Part shown: positions 45,989 to 56,618 of the stretch, in pieces
Layout: the number at the start of each line of letters is the position of its first letter
Numbering within the stretch: position 1 is the stretch's first letter
Source of the DNA: a virus
Lineage: Duplodnaviria > Caudoviricetes
Length of the DNA stretch: 64,000 nucleotides
Virus record (IMG/VR): IMGVR_UViG_3300038443_002533
Location: 32,001 to 96,000 of that record
Direction: 5' to 3' (one strand)
Position numbers and translations under genes: made by a program
Notes under the pieces: generated by a model
Told to the model about the DNA's origin: nothing
Databases searched by the model: none
The model's input: only the letters and a program-made list of their open reading frames with translations

Positions 45989-48121
45989 ATGACGCAACCC
46001 ATGAAGAGAATCCCCGCCCGTTGTTTGCTTGACTTCAAAGCGGTGGACGTATGGAATGTCCTCGCTGGTGAATTCATTCTGGTGATGGATGACGGCGAAG
46101 AATTTGTAACCAACCATGTGGAGACGTGTTATAGCAGTTATGCTTGGGATTTCCATCGCAAGTACCGCAATACCCCACTGCTGGGGGAACACCACATCCG
46201 GGGCATCTTGAAGTTCGACCCCAAAACCAAGCTGCCTGGCCGGCTGTCGATCAAGTCCGATCTGGATTTGATCGGTAACTGCATGCTGGCCGCTTACGAC
46301 GCGTATCGTGACACCCCCAACCCGATCGACCGGGTGGTGCTGTGGAAGATGGCGTACGACATCGACAACTTCCAGTATTGCGATTTCATCAAACGGGCGG
46401 GCCGCTTCGTGGGCACCATCGATATCCTGCACTTCCATGAAGCCATGGATGATCCGGATATCTACGAAGCCAACCGGGCGGTGCAACGCGGTGAGATCCA
46501 CGTGCGTGAAGTGTACAAGGTCATCGACGATGTGTTCAAGAAGACCACGCGTCTGGCCCACAACCCGCTGGTGCGCGAGTATCGCTCGAAGCTGCTCAAG
46601 GAAACCCAGGTGCACCAAAACATCGGTCCCCGTGGTAACCCCACCGATATGAACTCGCGCATCTTCGGTCACACCATCCGCCGTGGTTACGTGGAAGGTA
46701 TCCGCAGTATCGCAGACTCGGCAATCGAAACCCGCTCGGCGGCACGCGCTTCGTATTACGCGGCCGAGTCGCTACGGATGTCCGAATACTTCTCGCGTAA
46801 GCTGCAATTCGTCTCGCAGAACGTGCGCAATATCCACCAGAACTGCGATTGCGGCTCGACCCGGTATCTGGCCTGGACGCTGCGCGACGCTAAGCGCGAT
46901 GAGTCGGGTGAGAAGGTCAAGGACAGCGATCTGGAGCTGCTCAACGGTAAGTACTATCTGGATGAATCCACCGGCAAGCTGAAGATATTGACCCCGCTGG
47001 ATTACCATCTGCTGGGACAAACCGTGCAGTTACGTACCACGTTGCACTGCGCCCATCCGGATCCGGCCGGCGTGTGCTCGACCTGCTTCGGGGAACTGGC
47101 GTTTAACGTGCCTCCAGAAGCGAATATCGGCCAGTGGTGCGCGACGACGATGGCAGAGCAAGCCACCCAAGCCCTGCTGTCGGCGAAGCACCTGGAGCGT
47201 TCTAGTGCGTTGGAGCGGATCGAGATCGACAAGCGGTACGAGCGGTATATCGCGGGCGGTACGGACAATTCATCGTACGTGCTGTCGAAAGATATCGAAG
47301 ACCACGATGTCAGCCTGATTTTCCTGCGCAACCAAGTGGAAAGTCTGCACGACATCAAGAACGTGGAGGACGTACGGCATCATCCTGAAAATCACTACAG
47401 TGAAATGACGGTGCTCAATATCCGGATCGCGGACTGGGTGCCGACGGACATGTTCGCCAGTTCCGTCAACAGCAAACAAAAGGTCAGCGCAGCTGACTTC
47501 GATGCGGTGGTGCCGGTCGGCGTGCAAGGCAGTCGGGAAGCGAGCTTGTCGTACGAGATGCTGGAATACATCCGGGATCACGGCTACAAGACGCTCCCGT
47601 CGACCTCGAAAGGCCCGAGCGGCAAGCAACGTGGTGAAGATCGTTATGAGGTGGATCTGACCCATTGGAATTGGGACGATCCAGTCTTGGTGATGCCTGC
47701 CAAGCACTTCAATAACTCGGACCACGTCGACGCTGTGGCAAGGATGTTGGAATCGCGGGTAGCTGAAATGAAAGCACGGGCACGGACGGAATCCGCGGAC
47801 ACGATGATCAAGGAACTGTTTGACTTCGTGAACCGGAAACTGAACGTGAACTTGTCGTGTCTGGAAGTGATTCTGTACGCGACGACAATCATCTCGGCTG
47901 AAACCAATGACTATAGCCTGCCCAAGCCTTGGACCACCTCGCAACCTTCGGTGTTGTCCATGACGATGAAAGGCCGTAGTTTGTCGGTGCTGTTCGCCTT
48001 CGAGAAGCAATACGAAGCGCTCAGCGATCCGGCCAGCTTCATCCACACCAACCGCTTTGACCATTTGTTTGACGGGATTTATACCCCGACCCAAGTCTTT
48101 GGTACTCCACAAACAACATGA
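45989..48121 (+). CDS. nvRNAP beta-prime C-terminal subunit (phiKZ gp74-like)
   Basis: Bridge-helix-like SEYFSRKLQ, DCGS and C..P..GVCSTCFG zinc ligands. Confidence 0.88.
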   Translation: MTQPMKRIPARCLLDFKAVDVWNVLAGEFILVMDDGEEFVTNHVETCYSSYAWDFHRKYRNTPLLGEHHIRGILKFDPKTKLPGRLSIKSDLDLIGNCMLAAYDAYRDTPNPIDRVVLWKMAYDIDNFQYCDFIKRAGRFVGTIDILHFHEAMDDPDIYEANRAVQRGEIHVREVYKVIDDVFKKTTRLAHNPLVREYRSKLLKETQVHQNIGPRGNPTDMNSRIFGHTIRRGYVEGIRSIADSAIETRSAARASYYAAESLRMSEYFSRKLQFVSQNVRNIHQNCDCGSTRYLAWTLRDAKRDESGEKVKDSDLELLNGKYYLDESTGKLKILTPLDYHLLGQTVQLRTTLHCAHPDPAGVCSTCFGELAFNVPPEANIGQWCATTMAEQATQALLSAKHLERSSALERIEIDKRYERYIAGGTDNSSYVLSKDIEDHDVSLIFLRNQVESLHDIKNVEDVRHHPENHYSEMTVLNIRIADWVPTDMFASSVNSKQKVSAADFDAVVPVGVQGSREASLSYEMLEYIRDHGYKTLPSTSKGPSGKQRGEDRYEVDLTHWNWDDPVLVMPAKHFNNSDHVDAVARMLESRVAEMKARARTESADTMIKELFDFVNRKLNVNLSCLEVILYATTIISAETNDYSLPKPWTTSQPSVLSMTMKGRSLSVLFAFEKQYEALSDPASFIHTNRFDHLFDGIYTPTQVFGTPQTT

Positions 48122-49698
48122 CATTAGCCATTGTCGTTGCGGCCACGCATCATTTCGTGGTCAGCAACGCTTCCATGGGGATCCGGGTCGCGTGTCAAGA
48201 ATTCTCACGCGGCCTGACCCAATTTGCGCGGACCTTTACCCGCAACGGACGAACGATCAAAAGTGGTGAGGACAAGCATTACGATGCCGCGACCGAGTCG
48301 CGTAATCGGGTTCGTTACCACATCAACCATCTGGAGGCTTTCAAGAAACTGTTATACCGGCATAACCTCGATGCCCCGGGGTTGATCCAATGGGAAACTG
48401 CCAAGCCGTATCTGGCCGACCACATGCACTTGGTGATCCGCTCCCATTTCATCCCAAGCGAACTGCAAGAAGAGGCCATCGCCTACATCTTGAGCGAAGA
48501 CAGCCCGACCACCAAAGCAGTGATCCTGCAAGCGGGTGGCGGCAAGACATTGCTGACGATGATGGCGGCGGCCAAGTACCGGCAACGCATGTGCATCATG
48601 CTGGAGCCGAAGTACATCGACCAGTGGCTCAAGGCGTTTGACGAAAACTGTATCATCGATAAGAAGCGGATCTGTGTGATCGGTGGTGACGTGAAAGGCG
48701 GCACCACCAACGCTCTGCGCTCGTTGCTAGAGATGGCAGAAGACGGCGGGCACATCCCGTACGATGTCATCATTGTCAGCACCGTGACATTCCGCGGGTA
48801 TATCGAAGCTTACGAAGCCTGCGGAAACGCGACCAAGTTGAAAGAAGAACATGGGTTCGTAGTCCCGCCCTATTTGTTTTTTCAACATTTGCGCATTGGC
48901 TTTCGCGTGATCGACGAAGTGCACGAGAACTTCAACCTGATGTTCCGGCTCGATTGCTATACCCACGTCAACAACGCAGTGTCGCTGTCAGCGACCTTGC
49001 AAAGTGACGACGCTTTTATCAACAACATGATGCGGATTGCGTATCCTCCGCACCAGCGCTTCGATAAAGGCGGGTTCAACAAGTACGTGCAAGCGTATTC
49101 GTTGCACTACAGCGTACGGCGGCCGCAAACGATCCGGACCTTGCAAAAGGGCATGGCGGCGTACTCGCACGTGGAGTTTGAAAAGAGCCTCATGAAGTCG
49201 AAGGAAATGCTGAATGCTTATTTCCAGATGACGCGCGATAGCTTGATCTACACGTACGACTTGGATTACCGCCAGGGCGATCGGTGTCTGGTGTATTTTG
49301 CCACCATCGAAATGTGCACGCTGTTCACCGAGTATATCGAGAAGCATTACAAACACCTCGATGTACGGCGGTTTGTCGGGGAAGATCCGTTTGAGAACCT
49401 GGTCACGGCCGATATCATTGTGTCGACTTTGAAGTCCGCCGGCACCGGTAAGGATATTCCCCAACTCACCACGGTCATCATGACCCCAGCGGTGAACAGT
49501 TCCCCCACGAACATCCAAGGCTTCGGGCGTCTGCGGGATTTGAATCGTAAAGATCCAAGTCTGGGGCGCAAGATGTACTTTGTGTATTTCGTGGGCGACG
49601 ACTTCGCCAAGCATCACGAGTACCATCAACGTAAGAAAGAGTTGTTGGCCACTCGCGCCTTGAAGTACGAGCCGCGTTACTACGGCACCATGATCTAA
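48118..49698 (+). CDS. SF2 (UvsW/DExH-like) helicase (phiKZ gp75-like)
   Basis: QAGGGKT, VIDEVH, SAT and QGFGRLR motifs. Confidence 0.88.
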   Translation: MTLAIVVAATHHFVVSNASMGIRVACQEFSRGLTQFARTFTRNGRTIKSGEDKHYDAATESRNRVRYHINHLEAFKKLLYRHNLDAPGLIQWETAKPYLADHMHLVIRSHFIPSELQEEAIAYILSEDSPTTKAVILQAGGGKTLLTMMAAAKYRQRMCIMLEPKYIDQWLKAFDENCIIDKKRICVIGGDVKGGTTNALRSLLEMAEDGGHIPYDVIIVSTVTFRGYIEAYEACGNATKLKEEHGFVVPPYLFFQHLRIGFRVIDEVHENFNLMFRLDCYTHVNNAVSLSATLQSDDAFINNMMRIAYPPHQRFDKGGFNKYVQAYSLHYSVRRPQTIRTLQKGMAAYSHVEFEKSLMKSKEMLNAYFQMTRDSLIYTYDLDYRQGDRCLVYFATIEMCTLFTEYIEKHYKHLDVRRFVGEDPFENLVTADIIVSTLKSAGTGKDIPQLTTVIMTPAVNSSPTNIQGFGRLRDLNRKDPSLGRKMYFVYFVGDDFAKHHEYHQRKKELLATRALKYEPRYYGTMI

Positions 49699-49699
49699 C

Positions 49700-49730
49700 A
49701 GGGAGACACCTTCGGGTGTCTCTCTATGCT
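49700..49730 (+). terminator. UUCG hairpin + TATGC
   Basis: GGGAGACACC-TTCG-GGTGTCTCTC then TATGCT. Confidence 0.75.
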
Positions 49731-49795
49731 GTGTAGGTTTTTATGGCTGTTCACGCGATTATTTATACATACAAGTATCCTAGAGGTGTGGTGGT

Positions 49796-50248
49796 ATGGC
49801 GCTTATTCAAACAACTCCAAAGCAATCCGGCACGGAAGGGCTACTGAAGATTTTACAAGTCATCACCGACGGCATTAAGCTGATGCAAGGCAATGTGTTG
49901 GTGGGACAATTCGCAGCGCGTAATGCGTTGTTCACCAAGTTGAGTTTATACCTGACCGACAACACCCATGACGCGATGGGAGAACGCAACGTCTTCATTC
50001 AAGATGTCCGCGGTCAAGTGTTGGTGGCGATCGGGCGTAACTGGTTGGACCGGTTTCCCTCCAATCAATGTCGCTCGTACCCCTTGACCAAGCTCGACCA
50101 AGCGGCCATGGACATTCGTGACTATTTGTTGTTTGGCCAACTGTTCGATCACGCACCCCGCTCTAACGATCTGTTGATTACCGCCTCCCGAATGGATGGC
50201 AAATATGCAGTCTTTGATATCCTCGCCACTTTCACGCCCACCGACTGA
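49796..50248 (+). CDS. Hypothetical protein
   Basis: 150 aa; GAGG RBS; ends at a hairpin. Confidence 0.6.
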   Translation: MALIQTTPKQSGTEGLLKILQVITDGIKLMQGNVLVGQFAARNALFTKLSLYLTDNTHDAMGERNVFIQDVRGQVLVAIGRNWLDRFPSNQCRSYPLTKLDQAAMDIRDYLLFGQLFDHAPRSNDLLITASRMDGKYAVFDILATFTPTD

Positions 50249-50250
50249 GC

Positions 50251-50299
50251 GCATAGCCTCCCTACCCTTGCGGGTAGGGAGGGCGTATGCTGTCTTTTT
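50251..50299. terminator. Bidirectional hairpin with GCATAG / GTATGC feet
   Basis: CCTCCCTACCC-TTGC-GGGTAGGGAGG; same stem as at 13968. Confidence 0.8.
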
Positions 50300-50311
50300 T
50301 TCTTTGGTTTG

Positions 50312-50761
50312 TTACGAGCAATAAATCGTGATATTCATGCTCGACTCTTTCAGGAGTTCTTGCAGAACCGGTTTTACATCCCGATAGAAGTCCAGTCCTC
50401 CTTTACCACAACCCAACGCCGGTATCGCGACCGACTCGACCTGTGTCTGTTCACACCACGCGATGAACTTGAGTAAACCATCACGCACAATTGCCGTGGA
50501 AGAATCTTCCCACCAACGGCGCTTGGTGTGTAAACAATACACGGTGAAATCTTTCGTGGGAAATACAAACGGAACCATCTGTGCCGGTTCATGCTTCGCA
50601 CAGTGGCGACGGTAAGCGCTGAACAGTCCCGCTACCCGGTTACGAAAATAACGGGCCAAGCCATTGCCCATCACACCGGCAGCGTTGGTGGGACACACCA
50701 ACACCGCGGCGCCACTGGTGAACAAGTCACCCTTTTCGATATATCGGATTCCCACGGTCAT
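50312..50761 (-). CDS. Stand-alone macrodomain (Poa1p/DarG-like ADP-ribose-processing protein)
   Basis: GDLF, VCPTNAAGVMGNGLA, LHTK and IPALGCGKGGL motifs. Confidence 0.88.
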   Translation of the reverse strand: MTVGIRYIEKGDLFTSGAAVLVCPTNAAGVMGNGLARYFRNRVAGLFSAYRRHCAKHEPAQMVPFVFPTKDFTVYCLHTKRRWWEDSSTAIVRDGLLKFIAWCEQTQVESVAIPALGCGKGGLDFYRDVKPVLQELLKESSMNITIYCS

Positions 50762-51192
50762 CCTCCCCTTGTGCCCAGTTGACGTGCCAATGCTTCGGCT
50801 TCTTTCAGAGTATTGTCCGCTGCGCTATTTTTTAGCTTACGGCGTCGCTCTGCGACACGTCGGATCATTTGCATCTCATGGCGCGGGAGCGTGATGTAAT
50901 ACTCCCAGGTCATGTATTCAAAGATCTCTAGGTCCAGGAAATGCTCGAAGTGCTCCTCCAATTGGGTGCCCAAATAAGGATCTTCAGCATCGCGCATCTT
51001 ACACAACGACGCGGGGTTATGGTCTAACTCGGCTTCGGTGGCTAACCCGTAGCGCAGCAAGTACGCACGGTGCAGCAACAACGAAGCTTCGACAGCCGAT
51101 AACTTGCCAGGACGCGCTAGATACGGTTGGAGGGTCGCGATAAAGAATTCCACCATCCGGGTCGGTTCCTCGTTGAACTCGGCGCCGAACAT
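50758..51192 (-). CDS. Conserved phiKZ-like protein (gp76-like position)
   Basis: 144 aa, coupled to its neighbours. Confidence 0.6.
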   Translation of the reverse strand: MFGAEFNEEPTRMVEFFIATLQPYLARPGKLSAVEASLLLHRAYLLRYGLATEAELDHNPASLCKMRDAEDPYLGTQLEEHFEHFLDLEIFEYMTWEYYITLPRHEMQMIRRVAERRRKLKNSAADNTLKEAEALARQLGTRGG

Positions 51193-51218
51193 CGGATGGA
51201 GGACATGGCTGATGACGT

Positions 51219-52853
51219 CTAAGGACGCTGTTGGATTTGCTGGGTCTTTTGGTAAAGGAGGTTGGTAAAAACCGAGACCGGATCGAGCGGGATGATGTTC
51301 TCGAACCGCGGCTTGACTTGGTCGGCTTCTTCCGGATGGACTTGCGGCACGCCGATCAACGCGACCACGGCATCGTTGATGTAACCTTGCACCGTCTCGT
51401 AATACTTGGCACGGGTGGCATCGTCACCCGACAGACTGCTGATCGTATTTTCGATGGTGGTCACATCGCGGATCGCCTGATCCTTACCTTGTTGCTTCGG
51501 ATCGGGCAGGTCGATCGATTCGATCCAGTGCACGTACTGGCGCATCGAGGTGGCCTTGGCGCGGTCGAAGATCATGTCGTTGCGTTGCTTTTCCGACAGG
51601 TCTTGGGTGAAGGCTTGGTTGACCGCGAAGACCAGTTCGTCGACCCAGCGCTGACCAGCGTTCAGGTACTCGTCCACGGTCGGCACACGCATGGTGACAC
51701 CGACCTTGGCGTTGAGCATGATCGACTTGGGTTTACCACGGGTGAAATGCTCGCGGTAAATCTTCAGCGATTCCGGACTCATCGATGCTGTGCGACGCTG
51801 ACTCATGTGCTTGATTTGCCAGTCGTTCAAGCTGCTGCTGTCCACACGCAGGCAGGTGCCGACGTTGAGCAGTTCTTGCACGACTTTGCTCTGGGTGCCG
51901 TTGGCGTCGAGCAGGGCCCGTTTGAACTGGAAGCCACGCGGGTACAGGGCGCACGCCAGACCCCACGCGATGATCGGGATATCCAGCGCACTGATGTTAG
52001 CACGGATGACTTCGACGGTATTGAAACCGTTGACCGACGTCTCGTACAGATTGCGCATGGCCAGATCGAACACTGCGCCTTGGCTGACCACGGTGTGGTT
52101 GGCGAATGCCAGGCCGTTGCTGGAGCGACCGAACACGATCTTGTTTTCGCTGATGGTTTGCAGCGTGTCGAGCAGATCGATCTCGCCCGGCTTTTTCAGG
52201 GTGAGCCAGAACCCGGAATGCCAGAGCGGAATCGACATGATCGAACCACGTCCCATCAGCGCATTGACGCGCAGCATCGCACGTTCGCCCGTCAGGAGCG
52301 GGCCGTTGTCTTCACCCAGACGTGGCTCCGCGATTGAGAGCGGACGCTGGGCGTCGGACATGATCTGTTGTTGCCACTGGGCGCCTTCGCGCTTGGTGGC
52401 CGCCAGCAGGCTGTCGTGGAACGAACCATTGTCCAGACCTTCGGAAATGGTGTCTGCCCATTCGATACCTTTGTCAGTGGTGACCAGGTCTTGGCCGTGG
52501 GGGTTGGTGGCACCGTAATTCATGGTGCGCGCCCCCGTGTCGGGCGGCAGCGCGATGATGGTCGCCAGGTCATCCCACTTGTCTTCCGCGATCGGCGTGA
52601 AGTATTCCTTGTCGGTGGTGGCGTTGTTCAGGGGCGTCGGTGCCGGCCACGTGAACTTGTCATCCACGTCCGCGCTATCGGTCGGTGCAGCGGTAGCGGG
52701 TGTGGTTTCCGCGACAGGTTCCGCCGATGCTGCCGGGGTGTCGACGGGATCCGGGGTGGCCACTTGGGTCGTATCCGTGATCGAAGTGGCGCCGACGGCT
52801 TCGTCGATTTGTTCGATACCGCTATCGGGCGGCGTATTGGTGATGTCGGTCAT
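51219..52853 (-). CDS. Conserved phiKZ gp77-like protein
   Basis: 544 aa; T/P/D-rich N-terminus; synteny. Confidence 0.65.
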   Translation of the reverse strand: MTDITNTPPDSGIEQIDEAVGATSITDTTQVATPDPVDTPAASAEPVAETTPATAAPTDSADVDDKFTWPAPTPLNNATTDKEYFTPIAEDKWDDLATIIALPPDTGARTMNYGATNPHGQDLVTTDKGIEWADTISEGLDNGSFHDSLLAATKREGAQWQQQIMSDAQRPLSIAEPRLGEDNGPLLTGERAMLRVNALMGRGSIMSIPLWHSGFWLTLKKPGEIDLLDTLQTISENKIVFGRSSNGLAFANHTVVSQGAVFDLAMRNLYETSVNGFNTVEVIRANISALDIPIIAWGLACALYPRGFQFKRALLDANGTQSKVVQELLNVGTCLRVDSSSLNDWQIKHMSQRRTASMSPESLKIYREHFTRGKPKSIMLNAKVGVTMRVPTVDEYLNAGQRWVDELVFAVNQAFTQDLSEKQRNDMIFDRAKATSMRQYVHWIESIDLPDPKQQGKDQAIRDVTTIENTISSLSGDDATRAKYYETVQGYINDAVVALIGVPQVHPEEADQVKPRFENIIPLDPVSVFTNLLYQKTQQIQQRP

Positions 52854-52859
52854 GGCGGT

Positions 52860-53447
52860 TTAAACGTTGATGGCCGGTTGTTCGTACGGATTGGCGGCCG
52901 CGATAGCGGTCTCGGTCACCGGGGCTTCTGCCGGCACTTGGGCCAGCGGTTGTTGATCCAGCGCGTTGGCGGTCGCGAGCGCTTGCGCGTGCGCGGCTTG
53001 CTTGGCGGCGACGGCGCGATTCAGGTGGTCGTCGAGTTCCAGCATCATCGGCAGCAGGACTTGCTGGTGCACGCCCATGAACACCATGTAATTCTGTTGG
53101 ATCTGCATGGTGTGGAAATACTCGTCTTCGTCCTCCGGATTGCCGTAGCCGGTCTTGCCTTCGTGCAGCTTCTTGTTGGCGGCCACCTTGTCCATCAGAT
53201 CGCCGAGGTCGACGTCGAGACCGCGCATCAGCAGATTGACGCGCTCGATGTCGGCATAGAACGGGATGATTTCTTTGTTCGTGAGCAGTTCCACCAGGTT
53301 GCGGTATTGCTCGAACAAGCTCATCTGGTTACGATGCATGACGTTGAGGGAATCGTAGATCCCTTCGATCCCTTGGTGTTTGGCCTCGGCCTTTACTTGC
53401 GCTTTCGCGGCGTCGCGTTGTACGCGCCCTTGACTTTTCTTGGTCAT
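52860..53447 (-). CDS. Conserved phiKZ-like helical protein
   Basis: 195 aa, upstream of the gp77-like gene. Confidence 0.65.
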   Translation of the reverse strand: MTKKSQGRVQRDAAKAQVKAEAKHQGIEGIYDSLNVMHRNQMSLFEQYRNLVELLTNKEIIPFYADIERVNLLMRGLDVDLGDLMDKVAANKKLHEGKTGYGNPEDEDEYFHTMQIQQNYMVFMGVHQQVLLPMMLELDDHLNRAVAAKQAAHAQALATANALDQQPLAQVPAEAPVTETAIAAANPYEQPAINV

Positions 53448-53657
53448 GTCCCTAGCTCCGAAACTTCATGTGTAATAAACTGCCATGAAAGACACTATGT
53501 CTTTCGCATAAAAGCCTTGATTTAAGGCAACTGTCAGACCATGGCAACAGATAAATATTTTTTTACATTAATGAAACACGCGAATGTGTGTCAGAGAATG
53601 GGTGCGCGATCCTCATCATTTGACCCCGCTTTTCCCTTTCTTACAAGGTGAACCATT

Positions 53658-54497
53658 ATGCTAGATTTGTTAAGTGACTTTCTCGCGAGCCAGACCTCGG
53701 CCGAAGAGAAAGCCATGTTGCAAGCTGCGGACGACGTTTTGCAGCGTGCTGAGATTGAATACGAACACATCCTTGAAGAAATCCTGATGACCGCGGAAGA
53801 GCTGGATTCGGGTGCCCCGCTTCTGGAGATTCGGAATGTGTACCAACGTGGTTTGAATTATCTGCTGGCCTTGCATGCCGTGACGTTGGTAGACGCGGCC
53901 ACGCTACCGCAAAAGACTGAGATCGTGGCTGGTTTGCTGACGATCGACAATACCGAAAACCCCCAGCAGTTCTTCAAGATCGCCGATGAAGAAATGCGCG
54001 CGAACGAAAAGCTCGCCGAGATCTTGTCGCGGGTGATGACGTGGTCGGCTGATCAACTGCTGCAACTGATCGATGACGTCTCGGACACGTTCTTCCTGCG
54101 TCTCAAAGACAGCCATCGGGCTGAGCTGGAACAAGAGGACGACGGGGAATTGCATGAACGCCGGGAACGGATTCACGCTTACCGTCTGTTCGAGATATAT
54201 CTGCAAGCGCTGGGGGCGAACATCATCCAAGTGCCGAGCCTGCTCGCCCAAGGGATTCAACCGGGGATGACGTATGAACTCTACGCCAAGCTCATCGATG
54301 GCCGTCAGCCGATCCTCACCATGCCGGGCTACCAAATCGCCCGTGAGTTGTTCGCAGCAGCGTTGATCTCGCGCGACGGCTATGGGAATCCCGGTGAAAC
54401 TGTCAAGGCCAGCCTAGAACAATTCATCCCGGACTTGAAACTGATCTCGGACACCATGATCGAAGTCCGGCAACTCATGACGGGATACGCCAAATGA
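53658..54497 (+). CDS. Conserved phiKZ gp79-like protein
   Basis: 279 aa; AAGGTG RBS; ATGA-coupled to the vRNAP subunit. Confidence 0.65.
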   Translation: MLDLLSDFLASQTSAEEKAMLQAADDVLQRAEIEYEHILEEILMTAEELDSGAPLLEIRNVYQRGLNYLLALHAVTLVDAATLPQKTEIVAGLLTIDNTENPQQFFKIADEEMRANEKLAEILSRVMTWSADQLLQLIDDVSDTFFLRLKDSHRAELEQEDDGELHERRERIHAYRLFEIYLQALGANIIQVPSLLAQGIQPGMTYELYAKLIDGRQPILTMPGYQIARELFAAALISRDGYGNPGETVKASLEQFIPDLKLISDTMIEVRQLMTGYAK

Positions 54498-55825
54498 AAC
54501 GTGAAGACTTTTTCCTAGCCGCGATGCGGGCGGAAATGTATCGCCACAAGAACTGGGTGATCAGTGCATTCGCCGTCATCCAAGAAGGCCCAGACGCCTA
54601 CAAGGCGGATCCTTACGCCTACCGCATCGTCCAACAACCTACCGGGGTGTTCTTCGTCGATCCCGAGAACCCGGGTACCCTGGTCCCGCTGGAAGACACC
54701 CAAGTCGGACAACCGCCGTTTAATAAGGCGGACAAGCTCCGCCTGAAGGCCGGCGATTTGCCGAACGTCTTGAATGATCTGGAAACCAGCTACGGCAACG
54801 TGTTGGCCAATGGGATTTTGCTGGTCTACCCCTTCAAGGACAAGATCCCGTTTATCCAAGGCCGGATGAAACCGGACAAGATCGAAGACTTGATCCTGCC
54901 GCGCCTGCAAGATGATCCGGCCCCGGGTCAAGCCATGACCGCCAGTGGCCGTGCGGCGCCGATCTACGTGCAGGAATACCTGAAGTTCGCCAACGCCATG
55001 ACGTATATCTCGGGCTTTGCGAACCTGTGGGTGACTGCGGGTACCGAGAAAGCGCTGCTGCCGCCACCGGGACTGAAGGAATTTAAAGCGGCGCTGTTTA
55101 AGAAGTACAACATCGACCCGAACAATCCGAATGTCGACCCCGGTGTGGTCGCACAGATCGCCAAAGAACTGCGCGAGTTGGATAAGGAGTGGCTGAAGGA
55201 TGACGACACGCTCAACTTTCTGATCAAGTCCAAGTCGTTCGAGGTGGTGCGTGCCAAGAAGTTCTTGATGGTCGGTGCTGAAGCCGGTCTGGGCGATGGC
55301 CAAGACATGGAACTGGTGCCGAACTCGTTGGATGAAGGTTGGGACATCAACAAGCTCCCGGCTATGGTGAACAACCTGCGCGCCGGTTCGTTTAACCGTG
55401 GCGCTGAAACCATGCGCGGCGGTGAAGCAGTGAAGTGGTTGCAACGCGCTTCGTCCAACATCAACATCCTGCCCGGGGATTGCGGTACCAAACTCGGTAA
55501 GGTGCTGACGCTGACACCGGAGCTGCGTAAGAAGTATCTGAACTTCAGTGCACTGGTCGATGGTAATACCACGGTGCGGCTGACGGAAGAGGTGATTGAC
55601 CAGTACATGGGTAAGAAGCTCATGATGCGCTCACCGATGTATTGCATTCACCCGCACACCGACTACTGCGCGACGTGCGTCGGTCCACGACTGGAAGAGA
55701 ACCCCACGGGGTCGTCCTCCGCGATTGCTGACTTTGGTTCGACCATTATGCTGATGTTCATGAAAGCGAACCACGGTAAAGCACTGCTGTTGAACAAATA
55801 CGACTACAAATTGCGTATTCTCTGA
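54494..55825 (+). CDS. Virion RNAP beta-prime C-terminal subunit (phiKZ gp80-like)
   Basis: GSFNRGAETMRGGE, DCGT and RSPMYC...CATCVG zinc ligands. Confidence 0.88.
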   Translation: MKREDFFLAAMRAEMYRHKNWVISAFAVIQEGPDAYKADPYAYRIVQQPTGVFFVDPENPGTLVPLEDTQVGQPPFNKADKLRLKAGDLPNVLNDLETSYGNVLANGILLVYPFKDKIPFIQGRMKPDKIEDLILPRLQDDPAPGQAMTASGRAAPIYVQEYLKFANAMTYISGFANLWVTAGTEKALLPPPGLKEFKAALFKKYNIDPNNPNVDPGVVAQIAKELRELDKEWLKDDDTLNFLIKSKSFEVVRAKKFLMVGAEAGLGDGQDMELVPNSLDEGWDINKLPAMVNNLRAGSFNRGAETMRGGEAVKWLQRASSNINILPGDCGTKLGKVLTLTPELRKKYLNFSALVDGNTTVRLTEEVIDQYMGKKLMMRSPMYCIHPHTDYCATCVGPRLEENPTGSSSAIADFGSTIMLMFMKANHGKALLLNKYDYKLRIL

Positions 55826-55849
55826 ACCTATTTCAAGATGGAGTAATGT

Positions 55850-56617
55850 ATGGGCAGCAAGTCCAAAAATCGCCAACAAGCCAAAAAGGAAACCAACATG
55901 CAACCGAATCCGTACGAAGACGTGCAACCGATCGTCAGCCCGGCCACGAACGCACCGGGCGACAACGCGGCCGGCGATGCCGGTGACACCAGCGAACCGA
56001 AAGGTGACGGCGCCGAAGGCGTCGAAGGCGTCGAAGGCAACAAGCCGGCCGATACGAGCACGGACGCTGTTGCTGAACAACCGGCTGAACCTGTCGCCGA
56101 AGCAGCACCTGCACCTGCGCCAGTCGAGATCCCGGTCGGCTTCGCCAAAGCCCTGCCGGTGCTGGACGATCCGTATCAACTGCCGCTGTCCTGTGCGCCG
56201 GCTTCGCAGATCGTGATCCAGGAACTGAAGGACTACATCGCCGCGATGTCGGCCAAGATCCGCATGCCGAACGACCAAGGCGGCCAGATCCAGATGAACC
56301 TGTATCACACCCTGATGCAGATCATCAACACCCGCCCCGAAGACTTCGACGCCGTGTTCAGCCTGGCTATGAAACTCATCCACGACAACCTGAAAGGGGT
56401 GTTCAGCGACGAGAACATGCACCGCTATACGCCACACGTCTCGATGCCGTCGAAACTGATGGCGCACTTCCGCTACCTGCTGTCGGCCCTGACCGCCCTG
56501 GCAGCGCCGCAGACGCGTCAACTCGCCCTGCGCCAAGTCAACCTGGCACAAGCGTTCCAGCATCCGCGTATCAAGGAAGACGCACGCCAACGCGTGTTCA
56601 ACTACTTCAACGTGTAA
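55850..56617 (+). CDS. gp81-like protein, paralogue A
   Basis: Acidic disordered N-terminus plus a C-terminal helical domain shared with the next gene. Confidence 0.7.
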   Translation: MGSKSKNRQQAKKETNMQPNPYEDVQPIVSPATNAPGDNAAGDAGDTSEPKGDGAEGVEGVEGNKPADTSTDAVAEQPAEPVAEAAPAPAPVEIPVGFAKALPVLDDPYQLPLSCAPASQIVIQELKDYIAAMSAKIRMPNDQGGQIQMNLYHTLMQIINTRPEDFDAVFSLAMKLIHDNLKGVFSDENMHRYTPHVSMPSKLMAHFRYLLSALTALAAPQTRQLALRQVNLAQAFQHPRIKEDARQRVFNYFNV

Positions 56618-56618
56618 T

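Noticed and set aside
53448-53657. TATG-containing sites in divergent gaps (also 3830-3900 and 59907-60060) as late promoters
   Set aside because: A 4-nt motif cannot be assigned without TSS data, although late promoters are expected there.
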